In this document: positions 38,872 through 54,100 of the stretch, piece by piece
Numbering within the stretch: position 1 is the stretch's first letter
Layout of the letters: each line of letters begins with the position of its first letter
Assembly (NCBI RefSeq): GCF_006345805.1
Contig: NC_043011.1
Location: forward strand, 51,968,464-52,032,463
Origin: Octopus sinensis
Lineage: Eukaryota
DNA length: 64,000 bases
Direction: 5' to 3'
Made by a program: the position numbers and the translations under genes
The notes under the pieces: model-generated
Databases searched by the model: none
What the model was told of the DNA's origin: nothing
The model's input: only the letters and a program-made list of their open reading frames with translations

Positions 38872-41800
38872 TTAAAAATCGATGTTAATTAAAATGCAGA
38901 GATTTATCAAACAAAATTAAAACATAAATGAAATGAAGAATGGGAGAGAGAGAGGGGTGAGATAACAGTATTTGGTGAAATAATGGTGTTGGCGGTGGTA
39001 TGGTGGTAGAAAAAATAAGAAAATACAAAGATGTTTTCATCTTTGTATTTCATATGAAATGATGAAGAAAAATTGAGAGAGGAGGAAGGAGTGGGTTGGT
39101 GACCTTGAGTCTGGGGTTTGTCTGTGTTGGTATATGTAAGCAGTCTGTATGTGTATGTTTCTGTGTGTTCATGTACATGCATGCATACATACACACTATT
39201 AAGACTATCTTTCTCATAGTGTGTATGCATGTGTGCATGTATCTTTATTCCTAGCTATGTATTTGTATGTCTGTATATGTGTATGACTTGTGTGTGTGTG
39301 TGTTATATACCAGGGTGCAAGCATAGTCCACCAGTTAATAAGTCTGTGTTTTAATAATGAGGTCTCGTGTTCAATCCTACAGCACATTGGACAGGTATTT
39401 TCTATGACAAGCTTGGATTTAATCAAACCTTATAAGGGTAGTATAGGTAGACCGAAGCTACATTAACCCAATGGGTGGACTGCACCTGTAATTTAAATGG
39501 CAAGCTTTTCTATACATAGCATCTCACTGAATCTGCCTAAGGATTGCATGAAAAGCATGTCTGTGGTATACTCAGCTACCTAACACCATAACTTTAATTT
39601 AGTGTTTCTCAAGGTGGGGTGCACGACCTACCAGCAGGGTATGGCAATATTTAAACATTTGGGGTGCAGTTAAAAAGCTTGCTTTGCAAACACATGGTTT
39701 CAGGTTCAGTCCCACTGCACAATACATTGAGCAAGTTTCTTCTACTATAGCCTCGCATCAGCCAATTCCTTGTCAGGGAATTTGATAGACAGGAACTATG
39801 TGGAAGCCCATTGGAGGAAGGCAGTGTATATATTTGTGTGTGCTCCACCTCCCACACTCACACCCTAACCTGCTTGACAGCTGGTGTTGGTTTGTTACAT
39901 CCTGTTAGTGGTTTGGCAAGAAAGACTGATAGAATAAGTACTGGGGGTCAATTTGTTTGACTAAACCCTTCAAGGCAGTGCCCCAGTATGGCCACAGTTC
40001 AATGACCTAAACAAGTGAAAGATAAAAGATATATTTAAACACTTCCTCCTCAGTCCTTCCTCTTTGGCACACATCCTTCCAGGTCTAACTTACAACCACT
40101 AAAACTGCACTAATCTCAAATTTTTTTTAGTTTAATGGAGTTGCATGGGTGTGAGCAGGGCTGGTTTTAAGCCAATTAGATTTATTTAAATTGGGCCCTG
40201 CACACATACTCAAGCAGAGGACACTATGACGAATTTTTAGTATATCATTGTGGCTAATGATAGAGCCTCAAACTCTCAATGCTTTTTGGCTGAGACTTTC
40301 ATCCTACACGAAGCATAAAACATCAATATTCAGCTTTTGTAGAGTAGAGGGTGCCGCTGACAATTTTCTAATTGGGCCCTACTCTTCCTAGTGTCAGCCC
40401 TGGTGTGAGTCAAGTTATCTGATTGTTTAGAATAACAGACACTATCAGAGAAAATACTAGCCCTTTGTGCCACACATTGGAACTGAACATGAAGCCACAT
40501 GGTTGTGAAGCAAACTTCTTAACCACACAGCCATGCCTTTGCTTATTATTAACACTAATATTGATAAACTCTATTCTCTTTCCAGTAATCGACCTGACCT
40601 CTATCAGTGTAATCTCTGCTGGAAAGATGACCGAACCTTGCTGGTTGGCTGGGCAGACTTAATTAAAGTATGCATCTTCTGTTTTTTAGCTCTTCCTCGC
40701 ATACCTTTCATGTAATTACCCTTCCATTCTACATTAATATTCCCCTTATAACCTTTCTATACAGTCTATGTTCATTAAATCCCTCTCCATAATCACCATC
40801 GGATGTCAGTGAAGGGAAACTTGAGGCAGGGAAAGGAACAACTGCAGAATCACACAATTTGTTCAACATATTGACTGAATCTTTCTCAGCAAACTGCTTA
40901 CCATTCTTTTAAAAGAATTGGAAATCACATATTTTATCATATGTTGGTAATTTTAAGACAACCTGCTCCACATAAAAGATGAAATAGCTGTTGTTAGAAA
41001 TGTTGATCAAATGGGGGCTGGGGGTCATCCTGGACATCTACTCTTGATAGCAAAATTGTTATTGCTTAGCCTCTGGTCATCCCTGCTTAAGCAAACCTAC
41101 AGTGAAAAGTATTGCAGCTGTTAAAATCCCATTTTTCTTTTTCTTTTTTGGGGGTTTTTTTTCAAACTTCTTCCTTCCTTGTTTTTTCTCTTTAGACAAT
41201 AGGAGTAATATGAGGACGATTTGGTTGCTATTTCTGGCAGACCAAGCTGCCACATAAAGGTTTGCATCTGTGGCTCATGAAAACAGAACATTCCTCGATT
41301 GGTTGGTATTGATGGAACCAAGACTCTTGTTGCTATCGCTAGCATTTACCACACACTCCTGTTAGTAATCATAAATATAAGGGGTCTGGGGCTCACTTTA
41401 CCTACTCCCACCCTTAACAATACCCTTTTATTGACTGTTATAGATGTAATGAATCTAAGGCTCATCAACAGTTCCAACCCTTAATAATTGTATGTTTTGG
41501 TTGATGTAGTGTTGTTTAGCCCTTGGTTGGGTCTCATTGAGCAGGCCTAACTTTCAAAGGAATTCCAGCTGTGACCATTCTATCTTTTTGTATACCAAGG
41601 ACTATATTATTATCCATTGTGTCCTTCACATTTCAAGGAGATTCATGGAAATGTGTATGATGTTGTCATAAAAATGATGTGTGTATAATGGGCTCTTGGC
41701 TTCTATCAACATCATTGTTGTCGTCATAGTTATCATCATCATTACAACTACCATCCCTGTTAGCTGCTATGATCATCATGATTATCTTCATCCCTATTCC

Positions 41801-44800
41801 CCTTCCTTTATTATTATCATCACTCTTATCACCAACTCCTTTCTTTATCATCATTACATTCGTCACCATCATCTTCCCCATCCCTCCATCATCGTTACCC
41901 ACCCCCATCCTTCAATATCTTCACCCTCATCATTATCCTCTACCTTCATCACCAACGCCCTCCTCATCATACCAATATTCTACACTGCATTTCATCCCTT
42001 TCACTGCACCCCATTTAATGTCTATTCTACTTCCCTTATGGGGGTTTGCTAGGTTGGCTAAACTCTATCACCATTGCAAAGTATGAGCCAAAGTACTAAC
42101 AAACATGAAAATTAAAAGATTCTATTTCTCTAATTTAATATATTTTTTATTTCCTTTTGTAATTTGAACCTGTATCTCATGTCTTTCAGATCTGTGTGGT
42201 TCGTGATAAAACATCTGATGTCGATGCAAACATGCCTGAACGCTTTGTGGAAATCAGTAAGAATTTTAGATTAGTTTCTCTTTGATAACTTTCCGTTTGT
42301 CTGTCTGTCTACCTCTGTATGTGTATGTCTTATTGTCTGGCTGTCTATTTATATATCTGTATGTTTTATTGCATGTCTGCTATATATGTACATATTCTGT
42401 TCTCTGTTTGTCTTACAACTGTATGCTCTGTTGTCTATCAGTCTTGTTATAGATGTGTATGTTCTCTTGTCTGTCTGTTAGACCTGCTAGAACACGTGTA
42501 TATGTTTTATTCTCTATAAATCAGATTCTTCTATAAATCAGATTTTTCTCCTAAACAAGAAAATGCAATTTCCTGTAAAATTGATTCTTAATTTATTAAA
42601 ATTATCCCACCTTTTCTTTGAGAGTTGCTAACATTTGCCGTTGGGTCTCTGTTTTCTTTCTCTCCAACTTGATGGTAGAGTCAGATTTCACTTCATTAAG
42701 AATTTTTTGTCTATAACATTTGGTACACTGCTGCCTATCTTTGATCTTTTACTTGTTTCAGTCATTAGATTGTGGCCAAGCTGGAGCACTGCCTTGAAGG
42801 GCTTAGTCAAACAAATCAACCCTCATACTTACTTTTAAATCTGGTACTTATTCTATCAATCTCTTTTGCTAAACTGCTTAGTTACAGAGATGGAAACAAA
42901 TACCAGTTGTCAGGGACAAACATAAACACATACACATATACATCATCATCATCATCATCATTTAACATCTATCTTCTATACAAGCATAGGTTGGATAGTG
43001 TGACAGGAGCTGGCAAGCCAGATGACTGCACTGATCTCTACTCTATGCTTTGACAAGTGTTCTACAGCTGGATGCCCATCCTAGCACCAACCACTTTACA
43101 GTGTACTGGGTGCTTTTTAAGTAGCACCAATACTCAGAGGTCACCAACTAAATTGCTAGACAAGACCTCTCAAATGAAGTGGGGGAGTAGTATTGTACGA
43201 AGTGGCTTTGTGCCTAATGATGAGAGATTAAAGGAATTGAACCTTAAACCATGTGGTCGCAGAGCAAGCTTCTTAACCACACAGTTATGCCTGTGCGTAT
43301 ATGAATTAGGTACAAGGTCTGATGAAAAGGGATTCGAACTGGTGCTTACAACACATACCAATTCGGCATTTAATCTCCTTTGAAGTAGTTCCCTTTTGAA
43401 ACCACACACTTTACCCAGCATCATTTCCATTCATGGGAGCATCCCTGGAACTCCTTTTATGGGGACAGCAAGCAGCTGCCTCGTTGCGTCCCTTTCAAGT
43501 GCAATTTGATTTTTGGAAAGTGATAAAAGACACAAGGGGCCAGATCTGGGAAATATGATGGTTGTCAAACCTGGGGAATGTTGTGCTTGGCCAAAACCTG
43601 TTGCACCAAGCTTTGCTAAGTGAGTAAATGCATTGTCATGGCAGAGTTGCCACTCACTAGATGCATGCAATTCTGTCCCACAACCAAACTCTCTACACAC
43701 TTTACTTCCAAGCACTGTCATAAACAACAACAGAAATGAGTGATAATGCCATAACTTAATGTGCATGCACTGCAGAGTTCAAGGTCAATCTGTGCACTAT
43801 GACTTCACTCTGTGTACTTTAGCCTCGTTACCATAGCAACAGTCCTGATACTTTTTGATCAGACCTTGTATATATACAGAAGGTGTTGGAGAAGACTTTT
43901 ACGGATTCCATGGACAGCGAGGCTCACCAATGGAGAAGTTCTTAAGCAGATCAGGCCGAAAATGTCGCTAGAAGCTAGGATCACCAAGCATAGATTGGCA
44001 TATTTTGGTCATATTATGCGGAGAAAATCCCTGGAGAAGGACATCGTGCTCGGAATGGTCAGTGGCAAGAGAGGAAGAGGCCAACCAAGAACCCGCTGGC
44101 TTGACACCATCAAGAGTGATACCGGAATGGACATAGCCAATCTGAATGAAGCGGCCCAGGATAGAACTGACTGGAGGACACTGATCCATCGAGTAACCGA
44201 GAGTCGACTTTGACTGAGCGGATAGATAGATATGTTCTATTGTCTCTTTCCATGTTTGACCACCCATCTATCCTGTTGTCCCATTGGCTTGCTGTGTTTC
44301 TGTTCCGTTGTCCTCTCTTTCTTCTTTTCCTGCCATTTCGTCTTTTCTCTCTTATCACCATGATCCATCCCATGTACCTCTTCCTTCTATATATACCCTG
44401 CCCCCATCAGCAACTGTGTTAAGTTCCTTATCACCACCACCCATGCACAAACAACATCAGCAAGCACCCCCATCTTCAAATAACCCTAACTCTTCCCCTT
44501 CTGGTCTCTTGCAGCCCACATGTTCACTACCACACCAGAATCCAACTGCTATATATGTGGAATAGCACCCCTGGAAAACAATCTGGTTGTCTTCACCTAT
44601 GACAAAGAAGGCCAACATATTGAGGTCAGTGTCTACTTCACTAAATTGAATTAATTTAGCACCTTTTATTTTTTACTTACTAACTCTATGAATATAACAC
44701 CCCAGTCTTGCATGTGTGGTAAAAGGGTGAGACAAGGAGTGTATTTGTGTGTGTGTGTTTGTGAGGGAGGGAAATAGACCCTGTGTGTTTACCTCTGAGT

Positions 44801-45834
44801 GTGTATATGTGCAAATATGAACAGTGTGTGTGTATGTGTGTGTGTGTGCAAGTGTTAAACAGGGTTTGTGTATGCATGTGTGTATTTGAGCATTTGTGTA
44901 CGTGTGGGTCTTTGTATAGGTACAAATGTGGGATAGAGAGAATGTCTGAGTATGACTGGTATAGTGGAAGTGATTGTATCACTATGGTTCATTGTTACAT
45001 TTATTTAACCAAGAGAGCCTCTAAGTGGCCTCTTAATCTGCTAGAAATGATAGCTATTCCTTGCCAGCTTAAAGATCTAATGTAACTGTACTGAGCATGT
45101 TTTGTGATTGGTTGAATATGTCTTCTGTTTTTCTTCTTCTCCTCCTTACTGACATAAGATGACTAACACTCTAAAATATTCTTGATTGTCTTAATGACAA
45201 ATATTTTATCACCTCTCTCTCATAAATGATTTGACATGGTTTATTTTCTCATACAGGGTGGTAAGTTCAAAGCTGACCGACCCCACCTTCAGATATGGGA
45301 ACCAGAGGAAAATTACTATGAGGAGATATCTGATGATGCTTTATCTTTCCGAGGATTCGAAGAATACCGATGTTTTGACTATCATCTTGGTAAGTTTTTC
45401 ACACTGTACCCTACAACTTCTGGCATTTTTTTTATTGCATACTCCAACAGCCTCTACCTTCCTCATTCCCATTGTGACCACAACGAGGACTCAACACATG
45501 CATGAATTGACCAGACCCTGAAGAAATAAAACCTGCCATACTACTGCTTACCAAAGTGTGGATCTGAAACATTGGATCTGTGAATCACAACTGATCATTT
45601 AACACACCCCGTGTTGAGCTGTCTAGAACTACACAACATGAATGATTGGTTATTACAGTGTAAATTGCAATAATTAGTAGTTCATTTTTATGCATAGCTG
45701 TGTGGTTAAGAGGTTTTCTTCCCAGCCTTATGAATTCGGGTTCAGTTCCATTGCATAGCACTTTGGACAAGAGTCTTCTACTGTAGCTCCAGGCCAACCA
45801 AACACCTGTGCATGAATTTGATAGAAAGAAACCT

Positions 45835-45881
<47 letters not shown>

Positions 45882-48689
45882 ATATATATAAAATGTGTGT
45901 GTGTATATTCGTATCTCCTCTTAACATTGTGTGATAGTTATGATAGTTATGAGTGTCACTCTCATACAAGTAGTGTCATTATTTTCCAATATTCTGCATA
46001 AACATATCTGGTCATAGAAAATCTTCCCCAATTAACACCATCCAACCTATGCAAACGTGCAAAAGTAATTAGTAAAAAAATGGTGATGATGATGAGCATA
46101 CTCTTGCCTTTGGCCCACAGGTTTGCTGTGTCCTCTCTTTGTCTTTTCCATTGCTACTATAATGGCCTCTGCTCCTCAGAGCCTCACACCTCCACCACTT
46201 AGACACCCCCAAGCCACTCATCTCTTCAAATCTTGTCACCCTTGGTGCATCCAATGTTCTCAACCTGGCATTAACCATTTTGCCCAGTTATCTCTTTCCA
46301 ATACATTGGCTCTCTGGAACCTTCTCCCTGTTCACGTCTTTCTCGAAGCTGTTGATCTGCAGCAGTTTCAAACAAACCATTAATGGCATCAAGCTCACAA
46401 GTCTCAGAGGGCCAGCAAGTGTCATAGACATTGCCCCTTTTTCCAAACTCAACAAGTTTATAAAAATTATCCCAGTATGAAGGCAGAAATATATTTTGGT
46501 TGTAACCATTGAGGGAAGACTCTAGTAACAGTGGTGTTGCATCACTACATTTGTGAATTAACATGATACTATTAACTGTAATTAATCAACCTTCTTACTA
46601 CTTAGTAACTTCCTGTCCATTGCAATAATTGATGTATTTGTTATGAAGATTCTCATGTAGCTGGGTCTGTCTATTACAGAGTGTGTTGTTGAAGAAAGTC
46701 TTTACTTCCTCATTAGCCCTAAGGACGTTGTTGTGGCCAAACTGAGAGATCAAGATGACCACATTACCTGGTTATTGGAACACGAACGTTATGAGGTCAG
46801 TATAGTTGAGTATTGTCAGTGTATCTGGTCAGGACAGGTCACAGTTGACTGAATCAGAGTAAATGTTAATCAAAGAGGCTTTGTCTACCATCATTGAACC
46901 TGGATACTGTCACTGGATTCTCAATGGCTCACTTTAGATCTGTGTTTTCCAGTTTATTTTCCCCCAGGACCCAGTATAACTTCCCAGAAAAAGGATGCCC
47001 CATGGTGGTTGGAAAAAAACAGCTTTATTTTTAATATTTTATCTCAATTATTTAATACAAAAGAATCTATCGGTAATTCTTTTATTAAGTACTGAGTACA
47101 AAAAAAATGCACATTAGTGACTAAGAAAAAGACATGAATCACTTTAAAGAGAGCCTTGTGCCTGGCAACTACAGCACCACACCACACCACAATTTTCCCA
47201 GGCCCCACTGGTGGGGATTTCACTGCTTTAGATACTTGCAAAATAAGCACCATGGGAAGGTGAGTTATGCCACAATTTGATTGTCGTATCAAAAGAATGA
47301 GTGTTAAATTTGTCTCAAGGAAGGACATCTCTCTATCTCAGGTAACATTATCTGATGTTCTGGGACATTCTCACACAAGTATGTAAATCAATACATGTAG
47401 AATTAAGTTGGCTACTTGAATCTCACCGTACTGTCTTAGAAATGGTTACATTGGATAATGTGGCCTGAGGTGCCCTGTATCTTGGCAAAAAATGTGATGG
47501 TCACAACTGGAACACTTTTGTTCTTGCCTCAGCTAGCTCATGGCTAAACATCAGTATGATGCTGCCCCAGGCCTACTATTTTGTGTGTATGTGTCTTTGT
47601 ATGTGTCTGTCTATATATACATGACATCACCGTGTTTATGCCAACATTTAACGCAGTGAATAGAAGTTTCTGGCATTAAGCCATTGGAATCTTGCACAGA
47701 CTTCCAGAAGCTGTAATTGGAATCCTGGAAGCCAAACATATCCAGATCTGATGTATAAATACTGCCATTTGCTTTCACTAAGCTACAGCAGAACATAGTT
47801 CCGTCTACTGAATTCCATTTTGAGATCCAGATATCTCGTAATGATATTTATTATTCATAAAATGTATATGGTATGGTCATGATTGTGGTTAAGAAGTTTA
47901 CTTTGCAATCATATGGTCCCTGGTTCAACCCTACTGTCTGACATCCAAGGCAAACGTCTTGTAGCCTCAGTTTGGCTGATGTTTTACAAGTAAAATTTGA
48001 TTGATGGAAACTATAGAAGCTTGTTATGTGTGTGTGTGTGTGTGTATTTATGTTTACTATTACAAAATATGTATTGATAGGGTCCCTTTATGTCAAAAAG
48101 TTACTTAGCTATTCAATTAAATAAATATCAGACTGAAATAAGAGCTTGAGACCATATGATCAACTGAAAACCTTTGACAGCAGTGCTCCACCATGACCAC
48201 AGGAACCCAGTAAAGAATACTAAAATGGAAGTATTTGTTTTTCAGTGAGTTGTTGTTGTTGTTTAGTCCCTGCTCAGATTTATAATCAGAAGCATTTAGG
48301 CCTCTTCCTCTGCCACCTCCTCTTCCTCCTAAACTTCCTTTCTTTCTTCCTCCTCCTCTTCCTTTTTGCAGAAATAGTATAATCTAGAGCTGCTTGATCT
48401 ACCTTTTTCAAAGATGGTGGGGTGCAGTTTGAGGGACATGTGGTTGTTTCTTCTAGCAGATCAAGCAACTATATAGATGCTTCCTGTTTGGTTCATGGGT
48501 GGATGGTCTTGGAAAATGGTAATTCTTTGCAGAGCATGTTCTCCGTGGCAATTTTATTCCTAGCCACAATGTAATTTTTAAAACTTTATATATATATACA
48601 GTGGTTTTAAATTGATATTAATCAAATTAATATTCAATTTTTCACCCTTATTATTTAAATTTATATATATTTATATATAGATAGAGAGG

Positions 48690-48721
<32 letters not shown>

Positions 48722-48769
48722 GAGGTAGATAGAGAGATAGATAGAGAGATAGAGTGGTAAATAGAGAGG

Positions 48770-48801
<32 letters not shown>

Positions 48802-51136
48802 GAGGTAGACAGACAGACAGACAGATAGGTAGGTGGGTAGGTAGATAGATATAAAATCAGCATCGTCATCATCATTGTTCTGTTATTCTTTTACTTGTTT
48901 CAGTCATTTGACTGCTGCCATGCTGGAGCACCGCCTGTTGTTATTATTATTATAAATACACTTCTGAGCTTCAGTTTCACTTGCTCTGGCTAATGCTGTA
49001 AGAGAGGACAACAACCTGTTGTCAAGGGTCTCACAGGGTCTTCTTCCATGATACTTAACATCCAAGTACCAGTCTCAAAATTCTCACTGTCCCCAATAAA
49101 ACAGTTTTCTGAGCATGTTCTACCCTTGTGTCAATTTCTCAAATCTGGTTGTTAATGCTCCCAGTGCCCCTACAACTATTGGGATGACAGTTGCTATCTT
49201 CATTACCCACATTTGTACAATCTCCTTTTGTTGTAGCTTGTGCTTCTCAATCTTTTTCTGTTCTTTATCATCCACTCGTACATCCCCAAATATGGCAATA
49301 TCTATGATCTTGGCTCCTTGTCTTTCCCTTCCATTTCTCTGAGGTATTTGTCTTTCATATTATTATTCAGTGGTCTTTTTTTTATCACGTGCTTTCACTG
49401 GACTACCAAATGCAGCTCTGTGTGCCTTGGGTATGGGCTGTGGGTTGCTGTGATGCTCTTATTTTTACTGTATTGAAAGTGTTTTACAAAGGATGTGTGT
49501 GGTGCTTAGTAGTGCTATTTTCTACATGTTATATATACTTGTTAGTCCTGATGTTTTTGTTAAGTAGTTGTCTGAATATTTTTTTTATCATACCTAATGC
49601 ACCTACTATCATAGGAATTGTTTCTGTTTTTAGACTCCACATTTGAGTTACCTCTATTTCCAAATCTGTATTCTGAAAGCTTCTCTGTTTCTTTTAGAGA
49701 AACATTGTCATCTGTTGGTATTGATACATTGATTAGAATGCATTTTTTTCTTGGTGATCTCTGACAACTATATCTGGCCTATTGGCCTTAATTTCTTTAT
49801 CTGTGTGTATTGGCATATGGTTGCTTTCTCATTTTCTGTGACCTTTTCTAGCATGTGCCTTATACCATCTTTTTTCTGTTGTTATTCCATAGTGTTGGCA
49901 GTATATATTCCAGTGTTATTCCATAGTGTTGGCAGTGTATATTCCAGTGTTATTCCATAGTGTTGGCAGTGTATATAGGTCCCAACTCTGTCATGTCTGT
50001 GAATATATTCCTTCTTAGCCAGGACTGGGCAGCTAGAGACAATATAATTTGTTTCTTCTCCACCTCCACATATTCTGCAGCTACTTCTATTTCTTTTCAT
50101 TACATGTTTTTGGTAATTTCTGGTGGGAAGGCTTTGATCTTGTGCTGCAATTAAAAATCCTTAGACAACTGGCTGAAGGAGATTGGAATAGAATGCCCTA
50201 TAGAGCTCCTACAGAAAGTTTGTCTCTTAGGGTCAGCAAGGATTATCAGGAGGGTTCTAAGCATTTGAAAGACAAATTGCTTTGTCTATTTATTTTTATT
50301 ATTATTATCATTATTTCATTGTCTTTGCACAGTTTCTAATGCTTGAGGTGTACTATGGTGTCAGCTGTTCACTACTAGTGAACTAAGGTAACACCCCTTA
50401 TTTTTCGTGCACCATCCAGAGTATTCGCATGGTTCCAAGCAGTGCTGTTTTCTGCAAGTGTTCCACTCTTACTGCAGCCCTTATTTGTTCCATGTACGAT
50501 TATTATTATTATTATTATTATTATTATAATATCTATATTGTTGATTTTTTCTTCTCTGTCTCATAAACCAGGATGCAATGGAATCTGCTATGGCTCACAG
50601 TAGAGAACTGAAGAAACATAATGTCCAGGTAACTTGTTAAATTTACATAATTCCATCATCATCATCAGCACCATCATCATGACCATCTTCATTAGCATCA
50701 TCATCATGGCCACTATCTTCATTATCAGCATCCTCATGAGTGTTGGTTAGATCTTCATAAGACTGGACCATTTCACATATGAAATGAAATGTGACCGAAG
50801 CACTGCAATTAGTTAAGTACGGAGTCTTGTGATAATTATATTTTATTTTATTTTCAGGAACTCGGAAAGCAATACTTAGATCATCTCCTCGAGGCTGCTG
50901 AATATGAAGAAGCAGCCCAACTGTGTGTCCGAATATTGGGACGTAAGAAAGAACTTTGGGAATCCACATTTGAAAAGTTCAATGATATTGGTCAACTTAA
51001 GGTTAGTACACACACACACACGTTCACACTCACAGATGCACACATCTTTCCTTGCACTTGCAAGAGGATTTCATCTTAGAGCTATCAGTCACCAAATCAG
51101 ATATTATCTTCATGTTATTTTGTTGTTTTGTTATAA

Positions 51137-51171
<35 letters not shown>

Positions 51172-54100
51172 CCTTTCTCTTTCTCCTTCTTGCCTCCTTT
51201 CTTTCTCTCTCCCTCCTCTCTCTCTTCCCTTTCTCTTCCTCCTCTCCTCTTTCTCTCCCTCCTGTTTTCTCTCTCTCTCTCTCTGAGAAGACAGGGTTTT
51301 TCTCAGTCCTTTGCATACGTCACATTGGTGATGGTACTTACCACTCATCATCATCATCGTTTAGCATCCGTTTTCCATGCTGGCATGGGTTGGATGGTTT
51401 GACTGAGGTCTGGAAAACCAGCAGCTGCACCACATTCCAATCTGATCTGGCAATGTTTCTATAACTGGATGCTCTTCCTAATGCCAACCACTCCGAGAGT
51501 GTAAAGGGTGCTTTTATGTGCCACCTGCATAGGAGCAAGTCCAGTGGCACTGGCAACGACCTCGCTCGAATGTTTTTTACACATGCCACCAGCACAGGTG
51601 CTAGTAAGGTGACACCAGTAACGATCACGCTTGAATGGTGTTTTTATATGCCATCGGCACAGAGGCCAGCTTGTAACTCTGGCAACGATCTCACTTGTAT
51701 GGTACTCTTAGCACTCCACTAGCACAGATGCCAGTCATTGAATTTGATTTCGATTCAGATTTTACCCACAGTTATATATACACATGTATGCACAATAACA
51801 AAAATATAAATTCAGTATTTAACATGAGTATGTTACCACACATGAACTGCAACTATGCAACTATACATTTTTTGTTTCCCAATATTACTTTTCAGATTAC
51901 TAACCTCAGAGATGAAGCATCTTTTAATATTTACAGCTACAAAGGTGGCAAGCTGGCAGAACCCTTAGCACACCGAGCGAAATGCTTAGTGGCATTCCAT
52001 CTGTTTTTTGCATTCTTAATTCAAATTCTGCCAAGATCAACTTTGCCTTTCATCCTTTCAGGGTTGATAAAATAAGTACTAGTTGAGCACTGGGGATGAT
52101 GTAATTCATTTTCATCCTCCCCCAAATCGACAGCCTTGTGTCAAAATTTGAAACCAATATAACTCTATCTTAAAGTGGAGAGTTTGCAAAATCGTTAGCA
52201 CACTGGGCAAAATGCTTAACTGCATTTTTTCGGCTTTACGTTCTGAGTTCAAATTCTGCCGAGGTCCACTTTGCCTTTCATCCTTTTGGGGTTGATGAAA
52301 TAAGCACCAATTAAGCACTGAGGTTGGTGTAATTGACTAGCCCCCTCTCACAATTGCTGGCCCTGTGCCAAAATTTAAAATCAATATTTACAGCTGAATT
52401 ACATTTCAATTGGTTTGATCTATTAACAAATACAATCATCTGAGACAGAAACTATTAAATGTTACATTGTGTTTATATATTGTGTGTGTTGAATGTATTG
52501 TTTTATGATATATTGATTTTTTTTTTAATTGGTTTCTGTCTAGAGGAAAGTGAGTGTGCCTATAGCCATAGCATCCTTCTCAAACTGGTGAAATCAATGT
52601 TGTTAAATAGTTACAGGCTGACACATATAGGAGGGGGATTCGTGAGATATGGCATTCTTGAAAGGAGCCATTGGGTATAGGGGTTAGTTGGGAATCTGGT
52701 GAGTGAAGAATACAATATGGATAATGGGTGGAAGAGAAATGAATGAGTTGGGAGTGCCTGAGTGGAGGTAGCACAAGAGACCTACCAGGAGTAGCGGCCA
52801 CTCAAGTAGTGGTAGAAAGGCAGAGAGGGGATACAGCATGTCTGTGGACCAGAGGTTGGAGTATGTTTGTGAGTGACTTAAAGTGTATGGAACTTGTGGA
52901 AGAGGCGGAGCCAGGAGGATAAGGGACAAGATAGTGAAGACTGAAGATGTTAAGCTTCATGGTGGAGCTAACAAAGGACTGTGATGAGTAGTGTTTTGCT
53001 GTGCTCGATAAAAGTGAAGTCCTACAAGCATACAAAATGTATGGAATGGTCACACTTGGACACCTTATGTCATAGGTCTGTTTGATCAAGTGTGTAGAGC
53101 AACACCGCTTTCCCAGATGTGGATGTAGCGTTCTACTGTGGTCCATACTTGAATTTTGTGGGGTTCAGCAGTTGTCGTTGGGGACTGAAGTATTTTCTGG
53201 CTCTGCATCTACTACTGATTTCATTTCTAACTCTCTCCTAAATATGAGGAGTTGTGTAGCCCCACTTCCACCTGAACCTGCTCTGGAAGAAAGAGAAAAG
53301 CATCCAGTACACACTGTAAAGTAGTTGGCATTTGGAAGGACATGCAACTTTAAAAACTATGCCAAAACAGATCCTGGAGTATGATGCAGTCCTTGGATCC
53401 ATCGGATCCTATCAAAGTATCCAGTCCATGCCAGCATGGCACAAGAAAGTTAAATGATGATGATATTTGTTTTATTGTATTTTATATATTGTTGATATTT
53501 TAGGTATGTTGGATATATCATCATCACCAGTTTAATATCCACTTTTTCATGCTTGCATTTGAACATGCTCTATACAACATACATATCAATATTATATGAA
53601 ACAGTAAGGCGGTGAGCTGGCAGAATCATTACCCCACCTGGCAAAATGCTTAGCAACATTTCATCCATCTTTACGTTCTGAGTTCAAATTCCACCAAGGT
53701 CAACTTTGCCTTTGATCCTTTTGGGGTTGCTAAAATAAGTACCAGCTGAGTACTGGGGTTGATGTAATCAACTTACCCTTTCCCCTCAACTTACTAATCT
53801 TGTACCAACACTTGAAATCAATATTATGTAAAACAATACATGTGTCAGACAGAACTTTCTGTAGTCAGATGCCCTTCCTGTCACCAACCCTCGCCTATTT
53901 CTGACAACACACATGCAAACACACACACACACACAAACACACACACATGATGGATCTCTGTCAGTTTCCCTTTATGAAATCCTTTCTTACAGCTTAGGTT
54001 GATCCAAGGATTTAACAGAAGACACCTGCTCTAGGTGCCACATTGTGGAACAGAACCAAAAACCATGTGGTTGAGAAGCAAGCGTCTCAACAAACAGCTG

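Noticed and set aside
47202-47259. Candidate poison exon ttcccag|58 nt|gtgagt with an in-frame TAG
   Set aside because: Such splice-like motifs arise by chance in multi-kb introns and there is no conservation or expression evidence.
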